Assembly: GCA_010093705.1 (NCBI GenBank)
Contig: MU006097.1
Location: forward strand, 507,905 to 571,904
Origin: Patellaria atrata CBS 101060
Taxonomy: Eukaryota
Length of the DNA: 64,000 nucleotides
Reading direction: 5' to 3'
In this document: positions 1 through 12,368 of the stretch, in pieces
Numbering within the stretch: the first letter of the stretch is position 1
How the letters are laid out: the number at the start of each line of letters is the position of its first letter
The notes under the pieces: model-generated
Told to the model about the DNA's origin: nothing
What the model saw: the letters and a program-made list of their open reading frames with translations, nothing else
Databases searched by the model: none
Position numbers and translations under genes: made by a program

Positions 1-837
1 AGATCTTAAATTCACGGTCTGGCGCATATGTTTAGAGATAAAAAGCGGAGAGAGGAGAGAGCTCAACATGACGTGCATCGGACTATCGGACTTAAGATCT
101 GCTTATTCAGCAAAATATTCCCTTTCACGTATGTTCATGTCAACATCCTTAGAGTCATATCGACTTGTCCTCTCATACTATACTATACATCAGAAGAAAT
201 AAAACCCAGTCTCCAAATCACAGCACTAACGGTGAGATTTTGGTGTTTGTCAAGTCTGGTATTTGCATCGAGATAGTTATCTTAAGGGGCGGATACAAGA
301 CTGATGAGCTTCGAAAGAAGGAGGAAAGTTACCAAGCTTTAAACGTATTCTAAGAGCTTAGCTGCTTCTATACGTATTAATATAATTGAGCATTCAAGGC
401 TTCAGTGGTTAAGATGAAAAGAAAAGATCGAGATAGTTGATTACATCCGCAAGGCTGAAGCGGCTGACACTTTGAATACAGGTACAGAGATATACAACAT
501 CCTATTTGTATGCCGTGGATAGCGCTTCTTCGCGTTGTTTATCATACAATCTCCTTTAAGTAATTAAATTTCTCTTATCAATTCGAAGAATACCTGATGA
601 AGTAAGACGTGCGGCTACAGGAAAGCTTACCTTTTCCACCACCAATACCGTATGAACAGGATGCTGTATAATATATTGATTTCTCCCAATCAGACAGACG
701 TGGTACATTGCAATGGCCGGACGTATTAGTTCAACCACCTGGTTTTCGTTCGGACACCATAGAACCAGAATGGGATTTTTTTCAGGACCATTCGCCGGAA
801 AATCTGGATATCCCTGTGTGAGATGAGAAAGTGGAGG

Positions 838-1640
838 TAATGCCTTGATTCTATTTTGTATGAGGTTAAACCCGTCGTAACTACACGATATCTATTAAGG
901 TATCGTTGTAGATCAGCTTCTAGACAATTCAGCTGTTTTTAGTCCGTATCTTATTTTACATACCCTTCCAGCTTCTCTAGTTTATACTAGACGAGCTAAG
1001 ATAACCGCTAAAGAAATATTAGATAACTATATAACTATATATATGTATCTAATAACTCCGTGGGCTACTTAGTCCATATAGTACAATGATCGTCTCGGCA
1101 CTTGACTCTGAGCTGTACTGGAGATATCGGTTGGTGTTCAGAATGATGTAAACGGTGGTTTGTGGAGAGATTCGTGTAGCACGCCGTATAGACGCCGTTC
1201 CAGAGGCTCGTTGTGGCCATTGAAGAGGCCGAACCGATGGCAGTTGACGTGGCTGAACAGATAGCCGAAGACGTGGCCCGAAGACGAGGCGGATCAGATG
1301 GCCATAGATCAGTTCGTACAGATAGCTGTTAACGAGGGTAGTTTACGTCGTATACGACGAGCTAATTCTCGTGGGTTAAATGGTGCCAAATAGACAGAAG
1401 CAAAAGTACCCAGTTCTTTTACATCGTTAGATACGAGGCGTCAAACCCGATTCTTTTACACTTGCCAGCAACGGAAGACAGTAATAAGGTGACAGCAGTG
1501 TTCACGTACGTACTTAGAATATAAGGCAAGCCGGGCTGATAATTATAAGATGAAAAAATTGAGATAATGCCTTGATTCTATTCTGTATATGGTTAACCCG
1601 GTGTTAAATACACGAATTCTGCCAAGGTATCGTTGCAGAT
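838..1640. repeat. Diverged ~76-bp direct repeat (838-913 and 1565-1640), probably a relic of a duplicated, decayed minus-strand gene
   Basis: Both copies run from TAATGCCTTGATTCTATT to AAGGTATCGTTGYAGAT. The minus-strand translations align (LQRYLNRYRVVTTGLTSYKIESRHY vs LQRYLGRIRVFNTGLTIYRIESRHY). Flanks are AT/TpA-rich with no intact ORF. Confidence 0.7.
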
Positions 1641-1990
1641 ACGGTAAGTTTCCTAGCCTGATATGGTATCTCCATGTCCCTCAAACGAAACGTCGCCAAA
1701 TTCCGCCGAAAGGGGTGCACAGATTGAAAGCGCTCCTTCAGATGCAGTTTTCCCTTTTCCTATCATTGAGGACAAGCCTAAAGTAAACAAGCCTAAAGTA
1801 GACAAACGCAAGAGGTATGCATAGTAGCCTTCGTGCTTCTGGACAATCTAACCGTCTATCTAGAATATCCGACACTGATGACGTTGAATTAGATAGGCCT
1901 AAATTGTCGTAGAGACAACTGAATAGATATGAGGGCCCTGAAAAGGATTGCACCCGGAAAAGTGCCCGTGGTTTCTTCCGCTATGATCAC

Positions 1991-2629
1991 TTGAAGCTCC
2001 ATTTCTTCCAAAATCATCAAGATTGTAATCTCGAGTGCGGTCGAGGGGGTGGCAAAACTTTCACCTCTCTCCATCTCTGGGCTGTTCACGGGAGATTCAA
2101 TTCGAGCGGAGGACTGCATGGAACGCTTGGTAACAGTATTTGCCGACAGACATTTTGCCCGGTTTCAAACCGCCTAACATTTATGCAGAGGGAATCATTG
2201 AACACACATATCATTGAACACATTACCCAGGGGCTTTCAACTGCGCAGCATCGTGCTATTCTTGATGCTGAAATCGATCCTACGACTGTTGACATCGTTT
2301 GTCCCTTATGCAAAGGAAGGTCAACCGATTTCGATAGGTTTCTATTTCACCTTGATGCTCACTTCATCAACGGTCTCGACGATCTGACGCATCATCGTAC
2401 GCTCAGATAATATGAGTTGATTAGATCTTGGGATATGTTAGACAACGAGCAATCCTCGGGCCCGTGCCCCGGGCACGCAAATTGCGATGGGGCCCGCTGG
2501 TCTCATGGTTTTCTGTATGCCCCGTATCCAGACATCCACAGTTACCGGGAACGGATCCTTAACCTGGACCCGGATTTCTACACGCATCCCGTTTTCGATG
2601 ACTTGAGAGCTTGCCATCAACCTCCCTAA
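1991..2629 (+). pseudogene. Fragment of a C2H2-like zinc-finger protein, interrupted by an in-frame TAA
   Basis: ORFs 1991-2410 and 2417-2629 share a frame and are separated by TAA at 2408-2410. Motif CPLC-x12-HLDAH and C-terminal 'RERILNLDPDFYTHPVFDD'. No clear start codon. Confidence 0.45.
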
Positions 2630-2959
2630 CGCTCACGACTACTAATCTAGGATATTCAGTAACTCGAACGTCCATCCTACCATCAACTAGCAAACCAGTA
2701 AAGGGATTCAGAGGTTGCGAGTGTTAGAAAGGATGATTCTGATTGAGGACTGGATTACTACCTATTTCACTACTCTCTTTTATTGTTCCAAGTTCCTGCT
2801 TCCAGTTTCCACCACCAAATTGCTCCAATCTTCTTACCTTTTTTATACTGAAAGATCCACGGTCTCCCATCTCATTTCTATCCACAGCAACATCTTTCTC
2901 CTCAGATTTCCTCACCACACTCTTTTGTACCGAACGATTCACGGCCTTTCATCTAGATA

Positions 2960-4400
2960 AAATATAAACCCCACGCTCCTTAAAAACCTCATCCCAAACC
3001 GTACCCATCGTGACACCCACCACCTGCACTACCAGAACACCAACCACTCTATCGAAACCACTGACCATCGAGAATCCCCCATGACGGACGAAAAGCCCCT
3101 CCCACCACGCATGTCCATAAACATCATAAACGCCGCATGGCCCCCATCTCACCCTAAGCAAACAAACCCCTCCCCCTGTACCTCGTACACCCTACCATAA
3201 CCCCCATATAACGTTATCCCCTTAGACCTCTCCTCATCAACATTTAAACTGGCTCTATAAAGCCTCAGATTTTGAATAGGGATCTTCCCAAGCATCCCCC
3301 CCCCCCCCGTCTTGCAGACCTATGGACCTAAGGACTCCCTCGTATTTTGGATCTTTCCGATTGTTATACTTACGCTTCTGCTATTTGACCTTCTCCCGTA
3401 TCCGAACCCATTCCCCCCCCCTCCCCCCCGAAAAACAAACAAACAAACAAACAAACTCTCCAGAAACCCTTCCCACTATCAACAGCCTCCTCATGAGATC
3501 CTCCCCCACCAGAAACCCCCTCCCATCCACCCTTCCCCCTATCCGACCTTCTCTCCTGTTTAGCCTCCCCCCTAAACACCATATTCCCCACCGGACCCGG
3601 CTACGGCATAACAATATAATATTACACACGGGACACGGTAAAGTTAAATATATCACCCCCCCCCCCCCCCCCCCCCCCCCCCTTCCTCTCTATGCCCCGC
3701 ATTAAACCCTACGGAAGGCCCCCGAACCTATACTCTAAACTCTATATTCCACACGTCCCAAATCCATCACCAATGTTTCAACATCTCTTCCATTCTCTAT
3801 CATGGGCTGAGATGACGATCGATCGATCGACTGATTAACTAATTGATTGGATTAATTGATTTATATCCTGAGATATCTACCTTAGGTAATCGTATGGTAT
3901 CATATATGCTTGAATGTAGTAAAGTATGTACTTCCTTCCTTCCTATCTCGTCCACTGCCTCACTCCCCCTTCCGTTCATTCAATATACAATAAAGGACAG
4001 GAGGAGCAACCGCATGATCGCTCCTTCCCTTTCCCTCTCCCCTTCCCAATCCGTCCACCTCACTGCCATTACAATTAAATGACACCTCAACTCATCCTCC
4101 CCCGCCTTGAGCATTCTCCATCCTTCAATAATTCAATCTACCCCTTCCCCCACCCCTCCACTATGGTAGGTAATTCCGTCCCTGAGGTATCTTCTATGCC
4201 AACCCAAAATTCCTAATGCTATATGTATCCCAACCTGAATTCTAAAAAGGAGAGTCATGACCCACAGGATCCATATTCATACACTCATTAAACTAAACTT
4301 CACCTCCCAAACACCAATTACCAAACACAAAATCGCGTACCAAAATCCCGCCATGCAGCCCAAATTTTTTCAAATAAACAGAAAGGAAAAGAGTAGAGAG
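2960..4400. repeat. Low-complexity C-rich/G-poor tract with poly-C runs (longest ~3656-3682) and an (AAAC)n microsatellite (~3433-3454)
   Basis: Seen directly in the sequence; no credible ORF. Confidence 0.8.
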
Positions 4401-4425
4401 CCCACCAATTCATCTCTTGCAGATC

Positions 4426-5559
4426 TTATACCAAGATAGCTCCAACGAGACCAACCGCGGCGCCGAAACCCAGTCCCACAGCAGCAGTAGCTCTCGGGCC
4501 GGCACCGGTCTGGACCGCGGGCGTCCCCGTCGCCGACGAGCTCTCCGCCGCACCACCGCCGCTTCTCGTCCTGCTGGCGGCGACGTACGCATACTCCGTC
4601 ACCGTGCCGACCTGTCCATTCGGCAGTGTCGTGGTCTTCAGCACGGCAGTCGTCACGTACCCGCCCTCGGGTGTATAAGTCGTGACAAATGTGCTTCCTC
4701 TGCCGTCTGTCGTCGTGATCTCTTGCCCTGGTTGTACGTCAGAGATGGTGAGTGTTTCTCCGCCGGAAGCGGTGAGGGTGATGTCGACGCCCGCGGCGGG
4801 GCGGGTGACGAGGGAGGTTGAGCCGGCGGCGTCGGTGGTCGGGACGATGATGCCGGGGCGGCGGGTTGAGGTGACGATGACGATGCCGGAGGAGGTTCGT
4901 GTGATCGGAACGACGACCGATGCGGTTGGCTCGGGGATGGGGGTTATGGTATCCTCGGGAGGAGGAGGAGGAGGAGCTGTTGTGGTCTCTTGGGGAGGAG
5001 GTGGAGGAGCACTGGTGTCTTCGGGAGGTGGAGGAGGAGCATTGGAGGTGCTATCTGGGGGTGGTGGGGCGGGCGTGGTATTGTCGTCAGGTGTGGGCGG
5101 TGATGAGGTTTCGGTCGGAGGTGGTGGAGGGAGTGTGGATGTAGGTGACACTACAACGGTAGTGGTTTCAATGACGGTATTTCCACCATCATCCGTCGTC
5201 GTCACAGGCGGTGGGGGTCCCACGGTTGTGTTCCCACCAGTCTGATCCTGCCGTTTTGCAAGATCTAACTTCGCAGCTGCAAGGACCGCGGTTGCGAGAG
5301 GTGGATTTTCCTTGTGAACGGCCTTGACTGCCTCGCGCTCGCGCTCATAGATCCCTTCCCGATACTTTGGATGTAGGTGATCACGGAGAGCGGCGTGGAG
5401 TGAGGATTCGGGCAATAGTTCGAGCAGGGCTTCGAATTCCTGCTTCCAATTCTCAGCAGCATCCGGGAGGTTTTGCGTGCTCTCGGGTTGAGGTTGCGCG
5501 GAGATGGAACGGGAGAGGAGAGGGAGGAGAAAAAGGGTTATTTGGCGTATTGAACGCAT
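4426..5559 (-). CDS. Secreted, probably GPI-anchored Pro/Thr-rich cell-surface protein (377 aa)
   Basis: N-terminal signal peptide MRSIRQITLFLLPLLSRSISA, then a helical domain and a Kex2-like KR (LAKRQ). These are followed by poly-Pro/Thr repeats, a Thr/Ser-rich region and a hydrophobic C-terminal tail (AAVGLGFGAAVGLVGAILV) after small residues. Confidence 0.85.
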   Translation of the reverse strand: MRSIRQITLFLLPLLSRSISAQPQPESTQNLPDAAENWKQEFEALLELLPESSLHAALRDHLHPKYREGIYEREREAVKAVHKENPPLATAVLAAAKLDLAKRQDQTGGNTTVGPPPPVTTTDDGGNTVIETTTVVVSPTSTLPPPPPTETSSPPTPDDNTTPAPPPPDSTSNAPPPPPEDTSAPPPPPQETTTAPPPPPPEDTITPIPEPTASVVVPITRTSSGIVIVTSTRRPGIIVPTTDAAGSTSLVTRPAAGVDITLTASGGETLTISDVQPGQEITTTDGRGSTFVTTYTPEGGYVTTAVLKTTTLPNGQVGTVTEYAYVAASRTRSGGGAAESSSATGTPAVQTGAGPRATAAVGLGFGAAVGLVGAILV

Positions 5560-7569
5560 CGTGGACGTCGTTTGAGGTGGTGTGTGGTAATGTACAGAGG
5601 AGGACTTATTAGTCCTTATGAACGTTCTTCAGATTTGCCTGGTCATCCGGTCATCAGCTCGTGATTCATGTAGAATTGATGATTTGTTTGCAGATTTAAA
5701 GCTGAAGAAAAAGATATGATAGAAGGTGAACATACAGCTCACACAAAAGCAGGTGGCTGGTCTAATCAAGTTTGAATCGGCCGCTTGCTCGATTGGCGGT
5801 TTTGGCACTGATTCGCACCGTCGTGGATGACGCGAGGCTTGATCCCACCACAACAGGAAGGGAGTATGTACAAGTCTGAATAGGATGAAGCGAATGTGAT
5901 TCTAATGATTATCTTCCTCTCAGTAAATTGAAATAGAATATAGGAAGAAAGGTAGACGAGGAAGAAAAGCGAGCGTGAGGAAGAAAGAGTTTCAGGGTGG
6001 TGTTCAGTTCTTCAGTAGGAAATCGGAAAGTCAGATCCGATAGTGGAACAAGGCGGCTCAGGTGTTTCTTTTCTACAAAAGGGTCATGCATACGTAGAAC
6101 TAAAAGTACGTACCTAAAACTAGTAGAAAAAGAGCCCTACGAGAAGTACTGTAAATCGGTAAGAGCGGCTTATTAGTAGCTTCTCAGAAGGGCATCTTTG
6201 GCCACTAATATCATGAAAATACGAATAGTCGGCTTCTCTTACTGTGATGAATGTTTATGTCAATTGTCAAGGCAGAAAGCCTGTCCATTTCCCTCCTTCT
6301 AGTTCTAGCCCGCCTTCTCTGCGTCAGTCTGGCATCAAGCGCACAAGCATCTCACTCACAAATCGCCGTCCACCACCTCAGAAGGTCAGACTCCGCCAAG
6401 ACAAATAACAAGCATCCCAAAAAATCCATAAGCCGAACTTCCCAAAAGAATAATCTGAAACGCACGAGAGCGCTCTATCCTGTTTCTGTACAGCAAACGA
6501 CGTCAAAAACAGGAACGACGCTAGACCCTTTGCCAGCGAATGTTCGACTTCACCTTAATTTGAACCGGACGCGAGACTACGCGATGTGACATCTGTCAAC
6601 CGTGTTCGCGCAAAAAAAAGAGGGACTTGTGTACTGTTCTCCGTCCTACTGTATGTAGGGAGGGGGTGGGAGACAATATCGTCATCGCTATCTACTCACA
6701 CACGTAGATCCCGTACAGAGAAAGTACACACTCAAAACACCGACCCTACTTTCAATTGGTCTCTTCACATCGTATTCTACCAAATACCGCTCCTTTCACC
6801 GGCACTGACTGGCCAACCGTACAGCACAAAAACGAAAGCTGATGCAGCCCCATCACGAGCGTCTCAGACCTGCAGTCGATCCGTCTCAGAGCTACGCAGC
6901 TTATCTAACAGACACGAGCGGAGTAACTAAAAAGGTATTTCGTACAATTTGCACCTATAAGCGTTCGCACATACAAAACCAAAAGAAAAATCCCCCAAAA
7001 AGATCCGCCCTCTAGAATAGTTCCCCACCCTACCACCGTATGTATGCAACCACCGCCTCGCTTCCCAAACGATCGTCGAATTTCTATTCATAGCATCCGT
7101 GTGTGGCGAGTGGCAACCCGCATCACGAGCACGAAGTGATAGTCGGAGGGAAAAAAAAGCAGGGTTGATGTACAACGAAGGCCGCGACGCCCTATATTTG
7201 ATCAGTTCAAGGGTAAATAGGTACAGTAAGTATATTCTAGAGTTTCTACGAAAGATTTTATTATAGTAGTAAACATCCAATAGAACTGTACAGCACCGAA
7301 GAAGCCAAATACCAAGAGCTGATCATAGCTCTTCCTGGATTCATATCTGAGAGTCGTATGCTACTGTACTTACAGAAGGCGGGAAACCCATCAACCTGAA
7401 AGGTAAGCAAAAGTAATCGAACATAGAAACCAAAAGACCAAAAGCTCCAATCTCAAAACAGTACCGCCATCCATGATAGCGCCCAAAAGCTCCTTTTCAC
7501 CCCCTATACAAATTCTACCAGGCGCAATGAACTTCCCTAGATCCCTCTTAGGTCAAGAAGTCGGTTTGC

Positions 7570-10240
7570 CTACTCCTTCCGACCCTCGTCACCCATGCTC
7601 ACTCCACGTGGGACATCCATACTCTTTCCCCTCATCGGAAGGGCATCAGAACTTAGCATCAAGCTCGCACGACTTCCACTCGGTGGGCTCTTAGCCCGCT
7701 GCTTCTCCTCCGCCTTCTCTCGACGTTCCTGCATCTTTCTTCCAAACCATCCAAGCTTCTTCTCCGGCTCTTTATTATCCGGTTGCGCAGCTCCTGGAGT
7801 AGTCGAGGAGCCACTTATCATCGTAGCTTCAGACGCATTTGTGTAAGATGGCGTAGCGGCATTGTAATTGTTGTTGTTCTGCGCCGACTGACCATAAGGT
7901 TGTGACTCAAGCGTGAAACTCTTGCGGCCAGCAGGATCCTGCTGGCTGCCGAAGGAACTCATGCTTTGCTCAGCCTTCGAATTAGCACCGAAGTTCGATG
8001 TACTCGCTTTCGGCGTATGTTCCTGATCCTTCTTTGAGGACGAGAGTCGCCAGCGGTGTCGTCGTTCGCGCTCCTCAGGCGCGCTGCGAGTATTCTCGCC
8101 TTGCTCGTTTTCCGACTGATCGGTGAAGACGTCTGACTGACCCTTGGATGAGCTTGTTGGAGATGCACCGGACTGTAGTGTTGAGCCAGTTGCCTTCTGC
8201 GGCGTGAGAGATGACTCTGGGATCGCCGTTTGTGCGAGTTCGGGCGTCTCTTTGAAGTGACCAGAAGAATGACCGCCACTTGGAGGTAAAGGCGAAGGTG
8301 GCCCGTCGTATGATGACCCAGCTCCACTCAACGATTGTGTCGAGCTATTAGCGCTTTCATTCGCGTTTCCGGGTCCACGCTTCTTTTGGAGTTTCCTTGG
8401 CCTCCTAGGGTCCTTTTGATTCTTCTCGGTGTCGCTAGTTGATGGCGACTTGCCAAAGATGCTAGTGAAAGTCCTGGGAGGTCCACCTGACGGGCTCGGA
8501 TTTGGATCAATGTTAAGGTTGGGATAGTCCGCTGGCTCCAATTTCCGGGTCGGTGTTGTTCCTTGCGGGATTGGCTGTGGTGAAGTGGCTTGCGTTCGAG
8601 ATAGTTGATAAGCTTGTTGAGTTTGTGGGCTTACCTGCAGAGCAGCCTGCTGTGAAGCCTGAGTTTGCGCACCTGCGTCTGGTGGTTGGGGTTTTAAAGT
8701 CGGGGTGTCGCTCGAAGTAGATGATTCGACTTCTGGAGACGGACGGTTAGAGGTAGTAGCAGCAGAGTTTGGACTTAATGTAGTAGGAGGAGTCAACCCT
8801 GACGTGGGTGTTGGGGGATCCGATGGCTTGTTCTCCTTTGAGAATCTCGTAGTCGGTTGTATATGAGGAGATCTCCTAGAGGGGACCGTATTGCTCCTAT
8901 GAACCCCCGTATTTGTGAACGCCGGAGTCACAGGGCTTGGGGCAGCCGTAGAATGTTTCGATCGCCTCGAAGATACGCTTACGTTTCGTCTAATATCACC
9001 AAACTTGCGGACACTTTCTGCTCCGGCGCTGGCGTTTGACGTAGATCTACCAAGACCTTGCTTGCGACCTGGCGTACCTGGGGGTTTACCTGAGGGAGTT
9101 GGAGGTCCACTTTGAACCTCCTCAACAGTCTTAGCATCGACAGCGGTTCCTTGCATACCTATTAGAAAGTTATCTTGATTTTCAATCAAGAAAATGAGGA
9201 CGTCTTGACTCAAGCGATACTCAGATGGGGCCATGTCGTGCTGAGGATGTGATAATAGGCCAGGTTGAAAGATTGCGGCAAGATTCGGGGTTGTCATCTT
9301 GTTTTGATCCGACTTAGATGCGAATACAGCCAAAAGATCAAGGATATAGAGTAGTAGCTGCCGATTCAATGGCGGTAACTCGGTGATCAAGTGCTGATAC
9401 TCCCTTATAGCTTTGTTCATATCGAAGTCACCAGTAGCTGGGGTCTGGCCCTCCATTTGTCCAACAGCTTGTGACTGGTGTCCTTTAAGAGGGTCACGGA
9501 ATTGGTCATAGAACTCCAGTGGAATGATGGGTTCGGGAAGCTGGTTGAAATAACGACGAAGGATATTCGCCGCATCATGAACTGTGTAGCCAGTCCAATC
9601 CAGACCTTTCCCGTACCTATCTGGAGAATTGAATGCGGTTCTTAGCTCCTTGATGCGTTTCTCCGATCCAGCTAATCGGAAAATGCCTTCGATATCGGTA
9701 GCTACAGAAATAGATGAGTTAGTGAAAGGTTGTAGCTACATATACAGGACGTCAAAACGGACCTTTCTCCTTTAGAAAAACCCCACACTTAGCTACCACA
9801 ATGGGCACGTATCCGTAAATGTAACTACGTCCTTGATCATCGTACAATGATATCGCAACATTGGCATAGCGAATGCTGGTTTGTAAAGGAACGCCAAAAA
9901 TTCCAGGTTGTTCGGCTTCTACGCCAAATGTATGTTAGTAATGATCAATAAAAGATACGACTTAGTTATTTCTGAGTGACATAACTACAGTTCCAAGTAG
10001 TAATTTTCACTTCATGAGAGGCTGAAATAGAATGCCTACTATACTGAATAATGTAGAGGCATGGTAATCTTGTAACACCAACTCACCTTTCTCTTCTTCC
10101 CTCTCCTTATTTGAAGAGCTCTTCTTAAAGCCTTTCCACCAAGAAGTTAGATCGCGCTTAGAGGGTACGGCTTCGCCAGCGCCTGCGGGCGACACTGGGA
10201 CTGGTTGAGGCTGGCCATGCTTGGGTCGAAGCGAAGCCAT
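7570..10240 (-). CDS. Rho GTPase-activating protein, Sac7/Bag7-like; exons 10240-10087, 9918-9763, 9701-7570
   Basis: The spliced reading gives GIFGVPL...YVPIVVAKCGVFLKEKATDIEGIFRLAGS (arginine finger)...NKMTTPNLAAIFQPG. Both introns have GT donors, branch sites and TAG acceptors. Long disordered Ser/Pro-rich tail. Confidence 0.92.
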
Positions 10241-11516
10241 TGTTGAGGGTGCCGTGCAGCGGCTGGCGACCCTCGAGGAGATTTATACAAAATATGCGAT
10301 CGCAGCTCGTGGTGGATGTTGCTTTTGCGGTGTCGAATGAGTTGTTCCCAAAATAGGTACGCGAGAGATGACGCGGGAGGTCGAGCAACTCCTAATTTGA
10401 GAAGCGTGCAGTGAACAAGGCTGCTAAGTCTCACCAACCCTTTGAGAGCTTGTTGCTTATAATGTCGTCTGTCGTCGGACGCGAATAGCGCAAAGAGGAG
10501 ACGATACTGGGGTCAACTGGGGTGACAGAATGCGCGGGAGTCAATCTGCCTTGAATTGCTGCTGGGTGTGATGCGGCCGTTGACTTGAGTGGTTGAAGTG
10601 CTAGGTCAGCGAAACGCGAAGTATGCGGTTCGTGCAGGGTCGGTGGCAGTGCTTTGTCGATAAGCTGCAGGAGCGAGAGGGATACGACAGGAGGTTTATG
10701 TAGGTATGAAACACAGTTTGAGAAGAAAAGAAGGGAGAAGAAGTACGACGGTGGCCTAAGTGTCAGGTGTGGGATTTTCTTTGAAATGGCAACGATCGGT
10801 TGGAGAACGAGCGAAAAGACAGCAGGTCTGCAGGAGAGGTGCAGCAACAGGAGAGTTGAGTTGAGAAAGGCTGTCGCTTGGCGAGTGAACGAAGTGGCTG
10901 CGGAGCTCAGGTACAGTACTTGGATACCTGATGCCAAGGTATCCTCCACCCGAAAACAACAATCTTCAATTTGCAGAGTGGGTGCGAGATAATTGATGAT
11001 GTTTGAAAGAGAGTAATGAGTGTAGTGCGCACAAAGGCAGATGAGTGTGGGAACGGAATAAGGAGAGATGAAGCTCAAAGAAAGGGTGAGGAGAACTGAG
11101 ACTCTCGTGGTCGTGGTGGATACTCCGGTACCAAAGTTGGGAGTACTTTGTACCCTAAAAACGAACTCTACCTCCTTACGCGCATACCAAGAGATTTAGG
11201 GAACAAAATATGAGTATAAATATATACTATGGGCCTGATAATCAATTATAGTAGCATATTATAATATTATAAAGCTTTGAGGTGCAATTAGAGTGGATAT
11301 CTAAACAACTATAAGCTCATCTACATATGGAAGCTTTGACCCAGAGGAGGTCGCTTCCCAAAAAGTTCGGGAGAGCTGGAGAGAGCTTCATCACATATCG
11401 TACACCATACCGAACCTTCATCGACCTCCGTGTAGTGAACAAGACACCTACTTAAGGTATTAAGGACTATACTTCATATAAGAGGGATCTAATACGAATT
11501 CCTAAACAACCTCATA

Positions 11517-11920
11517 ATGGAAGGGTACGTCACCCTCACCCCAACTTCCACTCCATCATCCGAACTAACCTTCTCTCAGACTCAACGCCCAAGAACAAAG
11601 GGAACTCCAATCCCGCATGGAGAAGAAGCAGATGAAGGAATTCATGACGGTCCGTCTCATCCCTTCCCTCCTGTCCATCCCCGTCATCCTTATCCTCCAA
11701 ACCCATGTCTAACTCTCTCCTACAGATGTACTCTAATATGGTTCAACATTGCTTCGATGACTGCATCAATGACTTCACCTCCAAGACTCTCGGCTCCCGT
11801 GAGGAAGGCTGCGTCATGCGCTGCATTGATAAGCGCATGAAGGGCTCAGAGAGGATCGGGAATCGGTTCCAGGAGCAAAACGCTGCGATGGCGCAGAGTG
11901 GAGCGTTGCCAGGGAGGTAA
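11517..11920 (+). CDS. TIM9: Mitochondrial intermembrane-space small Tim chaperone Tim9; exons 11517-11524, 11580-11649, 11726-11920
   Basis: Spliced product [46 protein letters not shown]...GCVMRCIDK...RFQEQN carries the twin CX3C motif. Confidence 0.95.
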
Positions 11921-12368
11921 AGTAACAAAATAGCGAGAGGAGGTCGTATGTGAAGACAATGGGTGTTACATTATGGCAAGTCAAAATGCGGGAAGTGCTG
12001 ATGGAAGAGGGAATGGCATGGAACGGCGTTCTGGCAATGTCAGTGCTGCTGGCTTGGTAGCAAAGATTGTGAGGTTTCGCATTGCTTGATCTTCACTCTT
12101 GGATGTAAACATAGTATTAGGATTCGAATATATTCTCGGGAATTCATGACATACTGACGTTCTTCTTGCAGCTGAACTTGAAATTTCTTATCTAGCTGGG
12201 TCCACATGTAAGCACTGGCCAACAAGGTATGCTTTTTTTGTTTTGGTTTAACAGTAAACTTTCTCTGCTTTTCATCATTGACTAACATGAGGATTCTATT
12301 TCTATAGTAATTTTTTCAAGAAGCAATCAACACCGCATCAGCATTCAAGCACCCATCTTGTTCAATCA

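Noticed and set aside
2408..2410. Premature stops here and at 60546 as A-to-I-editable (restorative editing) sites
   Set aside because: Context suggests Gln rather than Trp, and additional lesions indicate true decay.
3560..3660. Phosphotransferase-like 'HNNIIL' relic
   Set aside because: Too short and embedded in low-complexity sequence.
4682..5245. Long antisense ORFs over the GPI gene (and similar ones over LYS2, SCC3, GH6 and the 58.7-59.3 kb coiled-coil gene)
   Set aside because: Expected shadows of biased codon usage on the real coding strand.
10431..11078. 215-aa minus-strand ORF upstream of the RhoGAP
   Set aside because: Near-cognate start; it translates a pyrimidine-rich 5' leader/promoter and has no protein motifs.
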